A stretch of 64,000 nucleotides of DNA from an uncultured Verrucomicrobiae bacterium. GTDB taxonomy: Bacteria > Verrucomicrobiota > Verrucomicrobiia > Palsa-1439. The notes below the pieces were generated by a model. That model was not told the DNA's origin. It was given only the letters and a program-made list of their open reading frames with translations, and searched no databases. Below, piece by piece: positions 53,471 through 63,896 of this stretch. Position numbers and translations under genes: made by a program. Positions within the stretch are counted from its first letter, which is position 1; every line of letters begins with the position of its first letter. Location of the stretch: NCBI GenBank assembly GCA_963812605.1, contig CAWEWF010000005.1, positions 320,001-384,000 on the forward strand. Direction: 5' to 3'.

Positions 53471-55066
53471 ATGACGAAGACACTACGATGCTTCATCCCT
53501 GGCGCGGTTGGCGCGCTGGCGATGTTCACACTGGCCTACGCGAACGACGGCGCCGCGGCAACAAACGCGGTTATGTCGAACATCGTCTCCGCCCCGGCGA
53601 CGATGACGGTGGCGCCCACCAACACCGTGGCATCCCCGAACATGCCGGTTGTCGTCGATGCGCAGCCGGTTTCCGACGAACCGATCGAAATCGGCTACAT
53701 CGAGGCTGATATCCAGAATGTCCTGCGCACGCTGGCGGCCAAGGCGGAAATCAACCTGATCCTTGGTGATGAAGTGACCGGCAAGGTCACAGTGAATTTG
53801 AAGGGCGTCTCCTATGAGCAGGCGATGCAGTTGATCGCGGAGTCCAAGGGCTATGCCTACGTGAAGGACAAGAACATCGTCAAGGTGAAATCCAAGGAAT
53901 CCCTGGATACCGAGGCGGTGGAACTGCGCGTCGTCACGCTGAATTACGCGAAGGCGGACGATATCAAAAAGACGCTCGACGGTGTGCTGACGAAGCAGGG
54001 CAAGATTCAAATCGATACCCGCAGCAATACGCTGGTGCTTTCCGATACGCCGTCCAATCTGTCGAAGATGATGCCGCTGATTCAAGCGCTCGACACGCAA
54101 ACACCACAGGTATTGATCGAAGCGAAATTCGTGGAAACCACGAAGAATCCCCAGAAAGACCTGGGGATTAACTGGAGCGGCACGCTGTTGAACCATCAGG
54201 TGATCGCGGGCGGCGCGGCCACGATCACCCCGGGCACGGCTCCGATCATTCCTGTTAACACTCAGAACCAACCCGCTGGCGGCTTTCAGTTTTCAAAGCC
54301 GCCGGGTGGCTCCTTGATTACGCCATGGGGGGCCGGGTCCGCACTGCTCGACGTAGGCCAGGCCAACATTGTCTTCTCTTTTTTGAGCCAGGACACGGAC
54401 ACGGAATTGCTGGCCAATCCGCGCGTGGTGACCACGGACAACGTCAAGGCGCGGATTTCGATTGCGGAACAGTTCCCGATTCCAAATTTTTCCTTCAGCG
54501 AACAGACCGCGTCGCTGCAGATCAATGGGTTTGAGTACAAGGACATCGGCATCATCCTGAGCGTGTTGCCGCGGGTGAACAAAGACGACTTCATTACGCT
54601 CGAAGTAGCGCCCGAAGCCAGCAGTTCCACGGAGAACGCGACGTTGCAGAGCGGCGGCGGCTCCTCCGTCCTGATTCCAATCATCAATACCCGCACGGCG
54701 ACCACGACGGTGCTCATCAAGAGCGGCAACACACTGGCGATTGGCGGGCTGATGCGCCAGGACGCGAGCGACAGTTACTCGAAAGTCCCGGTAATCGGCG
54801 ATGCGCCACTGATCGGTTCCTTCTTCCGCAGCAAGAGTCTCAACAAAACGAAACGCGATCTATTGATTTTCCTGACGCCGACCATCGTGCGTGGAGATTC
54901 GCAGGCAACGGGCTACGAGAAGTACGCCAAAGGCCTGCCGAATAAAGAAGTGTACACCGATGACAAGTGGATGCCGAGGGACAACGCGAAGCCGCGTCCG
55001 GTATTCGGCCTGTTCGGTGCCCCGGCAAACAACAATCCACCCGCGCAGAATTTCAGCCCGCAATAG
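53471..55066 (+). CDS. pilQ: Secretin (PilQ/GspD family)
   Basis: ADIQNVL, LNYAKA, D.RSN.L, QVLIEAKFVE, LANPRV, LAIGGL, KVP.IGDAP.IG..F. Confidence 0.92.
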   Translation: MTKTLRCFIPGAVGALAMFTLAYANDGAAATNAVMSNIVSAPATMTVAPTNTVASPNMPVVVDAQPVSDEPIEIGYIEADIQNVLRTLAAKAEINLILGDEVTGKVTVNLKGVSYEQAMQLIAESKGYAYVKDKNIVKVKSKESLDTEAVELRVVTLNYAKADDIKKTLDGVLTKQGKIQIDTRSNTLVLSDTPSNLSKMMPLIQALDTQTPQVLIEAKFVETTKNPQKDLGINWSGTLLNHQVIAGGAATITPGTAPIIPVNTQNQPAGGFQFSKPPGGSLITPWGAGSALLDVGQANIVFSFLSQDTDTELLANPRVVTTDNVKARISIAEQFPIPNFSFSEQTASLQINGFEYKDIGIILSVLPRVNKDDFITLEVAPEASSSTENATLQSGGGSSVLIPIINTRTATTTVLIKSGNTLAIGGLMRQDASDSYSKVPVIGDAPLIGSFFRSKSLNKTKRDLLIFLTPTIVRGDSQATGYEKYAKGLPNKEVYTDDKWMPRDNAKPRPVFGLFGAPANNNPPAQNFSPQ

Positions 55067-55086
55067 TATTGTCCGGGATGAGGTGT

Positions 55087-55158
55087 TGGTTCCCGACGGG
55101 TGAGGGCGGGAGCCATGGTAGGGAGGGGCGTCCCTCGATGGACGCCCCTCGCACTACC
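55087..55158. terminator. Tandem hairpins after the secretin gene
   Basis: TGGTTCCCG/CGGGAGCCA and GAGGGGCGTCC/GGACGCCCCTC stems. Confidence 0.45.
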
Positions 55159-55269
55159 GAGAGTGATCCTCGATTCTGAAAATCAGGCAAAGCCGTCTGG
55201 CAACGCGCGACCTTGGGAATCCCTCGAGAATTCGCGTGGTTTTCACTTCTTTCACGAAGCCGTCATGAC

Positions 55270-55285
55270 GGGTATAGCAACTGCT
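55270..55285 (+). promoter_or_regulatory. Probable sigma54 promoter of the minor pilin operon
   Basis: GGGTATAGCAACTGCT = GG-N10-GC, about 40 nt before the ATG. Confidence 0.55.
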
Positions 55286-55323
55286 TTTATGGAATTGAAA
55301 GGTGTGCGGCCGGCACGGGAGAG

Positions 55324-55716
55324 ATGATGATGCGGAAGTCATTCCAGGCGCGAGAGGGGTTCACGCTGGTCGAGTCCGTGATGGCCGTCATAATCCTTGG
55401 CGTTGCGCTTGGCGCCTGCATCCTGAGTTTCAGCATGGCCATGCGGACGGTCAATACCGCGACCAATCAGATGGCCGCGGTGCATGCCGCCCGCACCGAA
55501 CTGGAGGGCCTGCGAACGTACAGCCTTACGAATGCCTCGTCCTTGACGAGCGGCACGCACTCGTTCACCAACAACCTCACCGGTACGTATGTCGTGAGCA
55601 ATGTAAATACCTGGACGAGCATTGTCACGGTGAGCGTCCCCTACACCAATCATATCCACGGCAAGTTCTCGACAAACACATTGGCGACGACACTCGTCTC
55701 CACGTTGCACCCATGA
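55324..55716 (+). CDS. Minor pilin (PilV-like)
   Basis: REG|FTLVESVMAVIIL prepilin motif. Confidence 0.85.
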   Translation: MMMRKSFQAREGFTLVESVMAVIILGVALGACILSFSMAMRTVNTATNQMAAVHAARTELEGLRTYSLTNASSLTSGTHSFTNNLTGTYVVSNVNTWTSIVTVSVPYTNHIHGKFSTNTLATTLVSTLHP

Positions 55717-56204
55717 AAATCCCGCGAATCAATCTACGGAGATCGTCCGGTGGCTTTACGCTTGTCGAGATGTTGATATCGGTGTCGGTCCTTACCATTG
55801 TCGTTGTCGGCACCTTCAACGTGTTCGTCCAGACCATCCGCTCGTATAACGCGACGACCCTGATGCGGACTTCCGCGACGCGCGCCAGCCTCGCCTTGGA
55901 TCGCATGGTGTACGGCGTGGGCACCAATAATGGGTTGCGGGAGGCCGCCCGGGCCAGCGTGACGGTGAGTAACGTGAGTTCCACCTTTTGGCGGCTCTCC
56001 TTTACCAACAGCGCCTATTTTCAATGGTCATCGACCACCAAGTGCATCACCGATCAATCGGGGAAAACAATCGGCACGAATGTTATTACCTCGACACTGA
56101 GCACCAACGGGAGCGGCTGCACGATTTCGCTTTCGGTCGCGGAGAGCGGGGGCGGCCGCATCATCACCAACACCATGGCCACCTTCGTACAATTCAGGAA
56201 TTGA
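55713..56204 (+). CDS. Minor pilin (PilW-like)
   Basis: SGG|FTLVEMLISV; C-terminal V.FRN. Confidence 0.85.
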   Translation: MKIPRINLRRSSGGFTLVEMLISVSVLTIVVVGTFNVFVQTIRSYNATTLMRTSATRASLALDRMVYGVGTNNGLREAARASVTVSNVSSTFWRLSFTNSAYFQWSSTTKCITDQSGKTIGTNVITSTLSTNGSGCTISLSVAESGGGRIITNTMATFVQFRN

Positions 56205-56251
56205 GTTTTGGAACAAGCATGTCGGCAGCATTTCCAGAGGAAGGGGTAGTC

Positions 56252-57601
56252 ATGAAGAGAATCAAGCAGGGTTGCCGGAGTCAGCGGGGTTCCGTTCTGG
56301 TGGTCGTGATGGCCATTCTGTTCATCACCGTGGGGTTGGTGCTAGGGATTCTTGACGTGGCCAGCAACACCCGCAAGGCGGCGCAAGAACAGGCCGCCAT
56401 GGAACAGGCGATGTTTGTGGCCGAAGGCGGCATGGAGATCGGCGCTCGTTTCGTCGAGTCCAACGTCGTCACGCTGGTCTCCTCGGCCACCGGTGCCACC
56501 AACGGCACCGGGACCATCAGCACGGGCACAGGCAATACGGGGACGTACAGCTATTACATCACGAGAACCAATGGCAGCAGTTTCAGTGTCGTCTCTACCG
56601 GCAGCGTCAATGCCGTAATTCACGCGGGAACAGTTACCCGCGTGGTCAGCCTGATGCGCGTCTATCAGCCTTCCTACGCGCAGTATTCCTTCTGGGCCGC
56701 CACCAACGGCGGGATCTCCTTCGCGGCCACCGATGTCTTCAGCGGAGCAGTCCACACGGACGACCAGATGACTTTTATTACTTCCGGTGGAGTCGGCGCG
56801 ACCTTCGAGTCCACCTGCACGTCCCTGGCGACGACGTATGCGGGAGACGATTCCGGGTGCACCTTTGCGGACGGTCTGGGCCTGGGGGTTTACGAAGGCA
56901 CGATGGCCTCGATTGATTTTAATTCCGCGGCGTCGACGTCACTCAAGAGCACGGCATCAAGCATTGGAAACAGTGGAACACTGCTTTCCGGCAGCACGAC
57001 CATCACGTTCAACGGCGGCACCATGTCGATCAGCAATGACCGCAGAGGCTGGACCAATCAGTCGGTCAACATTACTGGCACGGCGATCATCTACGTCCAG
57101 ACCGTCGCGACGGGTCCAGTCGGCACTCAGCCCGGTACCGTCTATCTGAATGGCGGGAAGGTGACGGGCCAACTGACCATCGCCAGTGAGTCAGATATGA
57201 CCGTCGGCGGCAGCATCACCTACACGACCGATCCGCGTGTTCATCCCACTTCCACGGATGCGCTGGGATTGCTTTCGGAAGCCGATGTCTATGTCGGCAC
57301 CACCGCGCCCAATAATGAGGAGATCGACGCGGCCGTCATGGCAACAGGCGAAGCCAGCGGCACCCCTGGCAGCTTCGGCGTCAACAACTACAACAGCGGG
57401 TCGCCGCGCGGCACCCTGACCGTTTACGGCGGCATCGTGGAAGAGAACCGTGGCGCGGTCGGTACGGCCAGCGGCGGCGTTATTAATCATGGATTTAGCA
57501 AAGCGTACAGCTACGATCCGCGATTCATCACCACCCCGCCCCCGTACTATCCGACGGTATCCGGTGTGCTGAAGTTCACGAACTGGGCGGAGGGACATTA
57601 G
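56252..57601 (+). CDS. PilX-like tip pilin with a large Thr/Ser/Gly-rich beta domain
   Basis: QRG|SVLVVV without Glu5, QAMFVAEGG, G.VHTD, YSYDPRF..PPPYYP. Confidence 0.82.
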   Translation: MKRIKQGCRSQRGSVLVVVMAILFITVGLVLGILDVASNTRKAAQEQAAMEQAMFVAEGGMEIGARFVESNVVTLVSSATGATNGTGTISTGTGNTGTYSYYITRTNGSSFSVVSTGSVNAVIHAGTVTRVVSLMRVYQPSYAQYSFWAATNGGISFAATDVFSGAVHTDDQMTFITSGGVGATFESTCTSLATTYAGDDSGCTFADGLGLGVYEGTMASIDFNSAASTSLKSTASSIGNSGTLLSGSTTITFNGGTMSISNDRRGWTNQSVNITGTAIIYVQTVATGPVGTQPGTVYLNGGKVTGQLTIASESDMTVGGSITYTTDPRVHPTSTDALGLLSEADVYVGTTAPNNEEIDAAVMATGEASGTPGSFGVNNYNSGSPRGTLTVYGGIVEENRGAVGTASGGVINHGFSKAYSYDPRFITTPPPYYPTVSGVLKFTNWAEGH

Positions 57602-57603
57602 GA

Positions 57604-58038
57604 ATGAGTATCAGGTCCCTGGACACGGATTCCAAGCGCTGGCTTGCCGTTCTGGGCGCAGCTTGCCTGGTTTCGATGGCCATGCTTGGGCATTCATTTA
57701 TGAACGCCTTGTCTCCAGTGGAAGAGAACAGTGTCACCATCCAAAAACCAGCCGCGACCACGGACGAGGCGCGGACCCGAAGCGAACCCGCTTGGAGCGC
57801 CCCCCAACAAATCGCTGCGACCGAAAATCACGAGGCGGCCGTTCGAGTTTCGCCATTCGACGGGAAAAACAGGTTACTGACCAAGAAGGATGAGATAGCG
57901 GCGCAACAGGAAGAGGTCCACCGCCAAGCCGACTACCTTCGGAAGCTTATTGCCGACGGCAAGCTCCCGGCCGGATTAGCCCCTCTCACGAAGGAACAAG
58001 TCGATGAGATGGAAAGAAACGGCGAAACCATCCAGTAG
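57604..58038 (+). CDS. Hypothetical single-pass membrane protein at the end of the pilin operon
   Basis: Starts 2 nt after the pilX-like stop; N-terminal TM helix. Confidence 0.65.
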   Translation: MSIRSLDTDSKRWLAVLGAACLVSMAMLGHSFMNALSPVEENSVTIQKPAATTDEARTRSEPAWSAPQQIAATENHEAAVRVSPFDGKNRLLTKKDEIAAQQEEVHRQADYLRKLIADGKLPAGLAPLTKEQVDEMERNGETIQ

Positions 58039-58056
58039 GTTGGCCGTCGTCGCCGC

Positions 58057-59485
58057 TTACTTCACTTCCAGCCGCTTGGCGATCCGGAATTTCTCGATGC
58101 GTTTGCGCAGCGTCGCGCGGGTGATGCCCAACAGCCGCGCGGCCTGGACCTGGTTGCCGTTGGTTTCCACGAGGGCCCGCGCGATCAACTCGCGCTCCAC
58201 CACCGCCATGATCTTCAGTTTCGGGTCCTTCTTCGCGAGCGCATAGAGCGGGCGTACCGCCGCGTCGATCGCCGCGGCCAGGTCTTCCGGCGGCACGGTC
58301 ATGGCCCGCGGTTCGCGGACCTCCGTCGGCAGATCCTTGGGCAGGATCGAATCGCCGCGAGCCACCACCGCGGCGCGCTCGATCACGTTCTCCAATTCCC
58401 GCACATTGCCTGGCCAGGGAGACTTATCGAGGATCCGGAGGGCTTCCGTCGAGATTTTGGTGACCTTCCCGGGGAGGGTGCCCGACTTCAGGAACTGCTG
58501 CAGAAAATAGTCCACCAGCAGACGGATGTCCTCGGGACGCTCGCGCAACGGCGGCAGGTGGATGCGGACCACATTCAAGCGGTAATATAGATCCTCTCGA
58601 AACTTTTTCACGGCGATGAGTTGTTCGGGATGCTTGTTCGTCGCGGCGATGACGCGCACGTCCACGTGAAAGGTTTGATTACCACCGACGCGCTGGAATT
58701 CGCCGTTCTGCAACACGCGCAGGATTTTCGTCTGGGTCGAAAGCGGCATGTCCCCAATCTCATCGAGGAAAATGGTCCCCTGGTCGCATTGTTCGAATTT
58801 GCCGATGCGGCGTTCGACGGCGCCGGTGTACGAACCTTTTTCGTGGCCGAACAATTCGCTCTCCAACAGGTGTTCGGGAATGGCCGCGCAATTGATGGCC
58901 AGGAAGGGATTCTCGGCGCGCCGGCTGATGATGATAAATCGCGCGGGCGACCAATTCCTTGCCCGTGCCGCTTTCGCCGGTGATGAGCACCGTTGCGTCC
59001 GATTGCGATACCTGGCCGATGAGTTTGAAGACCTGCTGCATCGGCTCGCTCTTGCCGACGATGCCTTCGGCATAGTCTTCGCTCGCCAGCAGCGGCTGGT
59101 AGCTCACCACCTCGCGCATGTCGCGGGCGGCCTTCAGCGCGGATTCAATGAGCGCTTTGAGTTTCGGCACTTCGAGGGGCTTAAGGACGTAGTCATAAGC
59201 GCCCAGCTTCATCGCCTCGATGGCGGTTTGTGTCGTCCCGTAGGCGGTCATCATGATGATGAGCAGTTTTGGATCGAGCTCGCGCAGCTTGCGCAAGGTG
59301 TCGAGCCCGCTGGTCGCGCCCATGCGGATATCCATGACCACGAGATTCGGGCGCTCCTTGGCAATCATCCGGATCGCTTCCTCGCCGTTGCCCGCGTCGA
59401 CCACTTCCAGCGTGTCACTGGCGAGGTTGCGATGGAAGGCGCGCCGAATGTCCGCCTCGTCGTCGACAACCAGTATCTTATCCAT
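58057..59485 (-). CDS. sigma54-dependent response regulator (NtrC family); frameshift near 58925
   Basis: [57 protein letters not shown]. Confidence 0.93.
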
Positions 59486-59564
59486 GGCGCGGCATCTTAG
59501 TCGCGCCAGGCTTGGAGGGCAAGCGTTCCGCTAACCGAACGAAAAAAAGCGGCGCCATCGAACA

Positions 59565-60956
59565 TCAACCAGGCGCACCGTCATGATGCTGCGCCTGCGC
59601 CGCGACGCGGGAGCGGGCGAACTCCAGGGCTTCCGCACGTGATTTCAGCCGTTCTTCCAGTTGCAACTCCTCTACTTCGTGTAGAATCCGCCCGACCGAT
59701 GGCCCGGGCTTGAGACCCAGCGCCAGCAAGTCGTGCCCGGTCAGCAGGGGCGCGGGCTTTAGGACTTCCGGCGGCATCTCGGCGGCTTTCGCTTTCAGGA
59801 ATTCGTAGTTTTCCAGATTGCGATGGCTGGAGGCGCAGTCGATCCGGTGCAGTTCCAACTCCTCGGGAAAGGTTTCGCGGGCGAGGAGGCGTTTCAATTT
59901 TGCCGGCCGCATCTCCTTGACGAACTGAAACCGCATATGCTCGCGGACGCTGAGGACGATCTTCTCGATCTCGTCATTCGAGAAGCGCAGCCGGCGCAGA
60001 ATGATTTCGGCCATTTCCGCCCCGACGCGGTCGTGTTCATTGAACCGGATTCGATCCGGCGCGCGCACAAACGTCGGCGGCTTGCCCACGTCATGCAGCA
60101 ACACCGCAAACGCCAGTACTACGCTTGGGTTTGCGGGCAGCGTATCCAGCATCAATCGCGTATGCACGAACACATCGCCCTCGGGATGGAACTCCGGAGG
60201 TTGTTCCACCCCTTTCATCGCCGCGAGTTCAGGTAAAATTTCGCGCAAGAGTCCGCTGGCATCCAGGAGTTCCAGGCCGCGCCCGGCATTTGCCCGTGTA
60301 AAGATTTTCACCAACTCATCGCGAATGCGCTCCGCGCTCACCACGTGAATCTGTGCGGCCATTTCCTTTACCGCGTCGAAGGTTGCGGTTTCGATTGCGT
60401 ATCCAAGATTCGCCGCGAAGCGCACGCACCGCAGCAACCGCAGCTTGTCTTCCGTGAACCGTTCGCGCGGTCCGCCGATGGTCCGCACCAATTTTCGTTC
60501 GATATCAGCGCGTCCGCCGACGAAATCAATGATTTGTCCTGGTAGGGCGGGCTGGCCGGCCCAGCCCAGGCAGGGACGCCTGCGCCACGTCGGGGAGAGG
60601 AAGGGGTCGAAGAACAATCCGTTGATCGTGAAATCGCGCCGTCGCGCGTCTTCTTCGGGAGAACCGTACCGCACCCCGGTCGGTCGCCGGCCATCGACGT
60701 ACGCTTCGTCCGAGCGAAACGTCGCCACCTCGAATTGATGTCCACCCTCCAGCACCAAAACGACCCCGAAAGCCGCGCCGACCGGCACGGTCCTGGCAAA
60801 CAGCGCCTGAACTTGTTCAGGTGTAGCGCTCGTCGCAATATCGATGTCGTGCGGCTCAACCCCGCGCACCATGTCGCGAACGCAACCACCATTGAAATAA
60901 GCCATGTGCCCCGCTTCGCGCAGGCGTTTCACGATGCTGATGGCAGCTTGTTTCAT
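59565..60956 (-). CDS. cca: CCA tRNA nucleotidyltransferase with HD domain
   Basis: GGCVRD, DIDIAT, EVATFR, RRDFTIN, ED.LRLLR, ERI..E, H..GDV..HT, LLHDVGK. Confidence 0.92.
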   Translation of the reverse strand: MKQAAISIVKRLREAGHMAYFNGGCVRDMVRGVEPHDIDIATSATPEQVQALFARTVPVGAAFGVVLVLEGGHQFEVATFRSDEAYVDGRRPTGVRYGSPEEDARRRDFTINGLFFDPFLSPTWRRRPCLGWAGQPALPGQIIDFVGGRADIERKLVRTIGGPRERFTEDKLRLLRCVRFAANLGYAIETATFDAVKEMAAQIHVVSAERIRDELVKIFTRANAGRGLELLDASGLLREILPELAAMKGVEQPPEFHPEGDVFVHTRLMLDTLPANPSVVLAFAVLLHDVGKPPTFVRAPDRIRFNEHDRVGAEMAEIILRRLRFSNDEIEKIVLSVREHMRFQFVKEMRPAKLKRLLARETFPEELELHRIDCASSHRNLENYEFLKAKAAEMPPEVLKPAPLLTGHDLLALGLKPGPSVGRILHEVEELQLEERLKSRAEALEFARSRVAAQAQHHDGAPG

Positions 60957-61239
60957 GTATGGACACACTAATTGAGCGGTTTGGCAGGTGCAAGCATTGG
61001 GCGGAAGTTGTGGGAACGTCGTGCCGAGCGCGTGGCTGTTTATCGCTCCAAGCTTCCCCAAAAGCCTTCAGAGCCTGTTAACGGGTCTCTGCAACGCTAC
61101 GCTGCACGGTTAGGAAACGTTTGATCGACGCCAAGAGAATAGTGCTTGCCTTTCGCAGTCAGAATCGCACTCTGCTTGATGAGGAGCGGTCGGATGGCCT
61201 GACAGGGCGAATCCGAAGCCGCGGAGGAAATGCAAATGA

Positions 61240-62675
61240 ATGTTTTTCATAGTGAGTAAAGCCTTGAGCGTACAAGAAAAACAAATCGATCGGTCTAGGA
61301 GCTTGAACAGGCCGAAAGCCGGTCGAGTTCACCCCAGCCGGATACGTTACATCATCGCCGGCGCTGCGGCGTCGTTCCGCGACGAACCTGACGGCGACCT
61401 GACCACGGCCCAAAGCGATTCTGCCGCCCGCAGCCGCACCTACGGGGTCTTCATTGGTCTGTTCGTCCTTCTCAGCCTGTTTTTCTCGTTCGTGCCGGTC
61501 CATAACAGTCTCAAGAACCGGACGAAGGACTACGACCTCTGGTACAACGTGGGAAAGATTGTCCTCCGCGGCGGCGATATTTACCAGAAAGGCGCGGACG
61601 GATATTTCCAGTTCATGTATCCGCCCACCGCGGCAGTCTTGCTGGCGCCAGTGAGCGCGTTGGGACAGAATCCGCTCATCGTCGTCCTGGATGTCATCAA
61701 CGTCGTGGCCTGGATGGGCAGTGTGCTGATGGGAGTGTACCTGATCACGGGGCGAGCCGTACGACAACATCCGTTGCTCTATCTCGTGCCGACGGTATGC
61801 ACCGCGCCCTACGTGTGGGACATCTACCTGCTGGGACAGGTCAACCTCCTGTTGTTGGCGCTGATGCTCGGCGCATTCGTCTGTCTCCGCCTCCGTCGCG
61901 AATGGGGCGCCGGCGCGCTGATCGCATTGGCGGTGGGTCTCAAGGCTTTCCCCATTCTCTCGATCGCGTATCTCGTGTATCGGCGACACTGGACTGCGGT
62001 GTTGTCTACGATTGTGTTCCTCGTCGCCTTCCTCGTGCTCTTGCCGGCGCCGTTCCGGGGGTTTCAACGCAATCTGCAGGACCTCAAGACGTGGACTCAG
62101 GGCATGGCGTTCCATTACGATGGGAACTCCATCGCGCAGCGTCCGCGCCGCGGATACAGTTCGAAAAATCACTCGTTGCTGGCCGTGGCGAATCGCCTCC
62201 TGCGGCCGGTGCCGCGCTCGATGGGCCCGGCGAGCCGCGCTACGTCAACATCGCCGATCTTTCCTTCCACCAGATCAACCTCATCGTGGCGATCGTCGGG
62301 TTGGGGTTGTGCCTCTTTTACGTGACCTCGATGCCGCGTTACGCGCAGCGCACCGGGGAATCTGACTCGATTGAATTTGCCATGCTGCTGCTGATGATCC
62401 TGATGTTTTCACCGCTGTCGTTCACGTACTTCTACGTCTGGCTGCTCTACCCGCTGATGGTGGCGTTGCACATCGTTCTCGCGACGGCCGGCCCGTCGCG
62501 GGAGCGGACGTTGAGATGGGTCTGGTTTGTGGTCGTGCTGGTGTTACTGGGCCTGAATCTGCCATGGTTCAATCGCGCGCAAGCGTTGGACGCACACTTG
62601 TGGGTGTGCCTGACGCTGTTGTTCGGGTTGGGCTGGAAACTGCGGCAACTGAAACCTGCCCCGCTTCCATTGTAG
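61240..62675 (+). CDS. Glycosyltransferase family 87 (DUF2029) membrane protein; frameshift near 62215
   Basis: DY..WY, FMYPP, LGQVNL, A..LK..P; many TM helices. Confidence 0.8.
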
Positions 62676-62941
62676 GGCGCGAAGTCCAGAGGGTTTCGCG
62701 CCTTCTCGGTTCGGAGGAGCGCAGTCTATCGCGTTCATTGCAATATCGCTGTCACAGGGCTCAACGCCGCATCATGTCACGAAGGCAACTCGAGGTGGGG
62801 ATGGAAGTCTGAGCGTGGAAGGCTAGAATGGAAGGACTGCAAAACATGTTTCCGTGCTGAGTACAGCTTGGCTATGATTTGTTGGAATAAGAGCAATGAG
62901 GTGATTGCGAAGATGTTGTTGGTCTATTATCATCAGCGGTG

Positions 62942-63211
62942 ATGAAACCGGACACTGTCACTGTTTCCCATCTCTTCGATAGCCACGTGTATCTGATACT
63001 ATCTTTCAGCGAGGCTACGTCTGGACTCTCGAAGGGCAATGGAAACCTCTTTGGCAGGACATTTTGAACAGGCTGAGGCGCTACGAACGCACGATCCGGA
63101 ACAGAAACGGGAGATTCGAAAACATTTTCTTGGAGCGTTTGTTCTTAATCAGGCAAACATGGGAGTTCGACACGTAGCTACTCAGAAGTCATCGACGGTC
63201 AGCAGCGGCTA
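62942..63211 (+). pseudogene. Truncated DUF262 (GmrSD-like) gene remnant
   Basis: Across frames: MKPDTVTVSHLF..FQRGYVW...W..LWQDI...HFLGAFV...VIDGQQRL, then coding character is lost; AT-rich. Confidence 0.75.
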
Positions 63212-63596
63212 GGGCAATTTCGCTCTCCACTGTTCCTTCACTGCCTGCCAGTTCACAGGGTCATTAGTGGCGTGAATCGCAGTTGTGCGTCGTTGTGGAT
63301 TGGCGACGGAGTCGCCAGCCTGATTTAGGAATCAGCACAAAACACCAGAGTGTGGGGATGAGAGATGAATTATGAAGAATGAAGGGACAGAGGAATGGAT
63401 TGAGGGATCGCTGCGAAGAACCCACCCCTGTATCTCCTCCGAGGAGGGGAACCGACGGACTGCGCCTCGACAGAGCGAGGCGGCTACATCGAATCCCCGC
63501 CGCGTGGGGGCACGCGGCCTACAACACGGACCGACGGCAGACGAAGACGGGCCTGCGCTTCACAGAAGCGCAGCTACAAAGAGCAGGCGGGATCGG

Positions 63597-63666
63597 TTAT
63601 CGTTTTACGATAAATTTGCTGGACTTGGGGTGGTGGGAGACGTATAGTCTTTGCGGTTCTTTGAAA
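63597..63666 (+). promoter_or_regulatory. Element copy 3: palindrome + sigma70-like promoter + boxA-like motif
   Basis: TTATCGT-TTT-ACGATAA 63597-613; TGGACT 63620-25, 17 bp, TATAGT 63643-48; GGTTCTTTGAAA 63655-66. Confidence 0.75.
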
Positions 63667-63788
63667 AGCTGAAGGAGGGTAGAATTCAGGATCCAGAAGG
63701 GAGCTTGGATCCGAGGGGTGCAGAGCCTTCCGCCTTCGCGAGGCTGCTTCGGCGGACGAGCTTGTCGAAAACAGGGACTCTAAAAGCA

Positions 63789-63896
63789 TGTGTTTCTGCG
63801 AAACGAACCGGATTGGATTCGGTAGATTTTATGGTGCATCCGTCGTAACCAGAACAGGTTATGGCTTTGAGAGATGAAATTTGATCCGGTTCGTTT
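63789..63896 (+). repeat. Element copy 3: 96-bp inverted-repeat-bounded module
   Basis: TGTGTTTCTGCG-AAACGAACCGGAT (arm 63801-13) ... ATCCGGTTCGTTT (63884-96). Confidence 0.85.
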
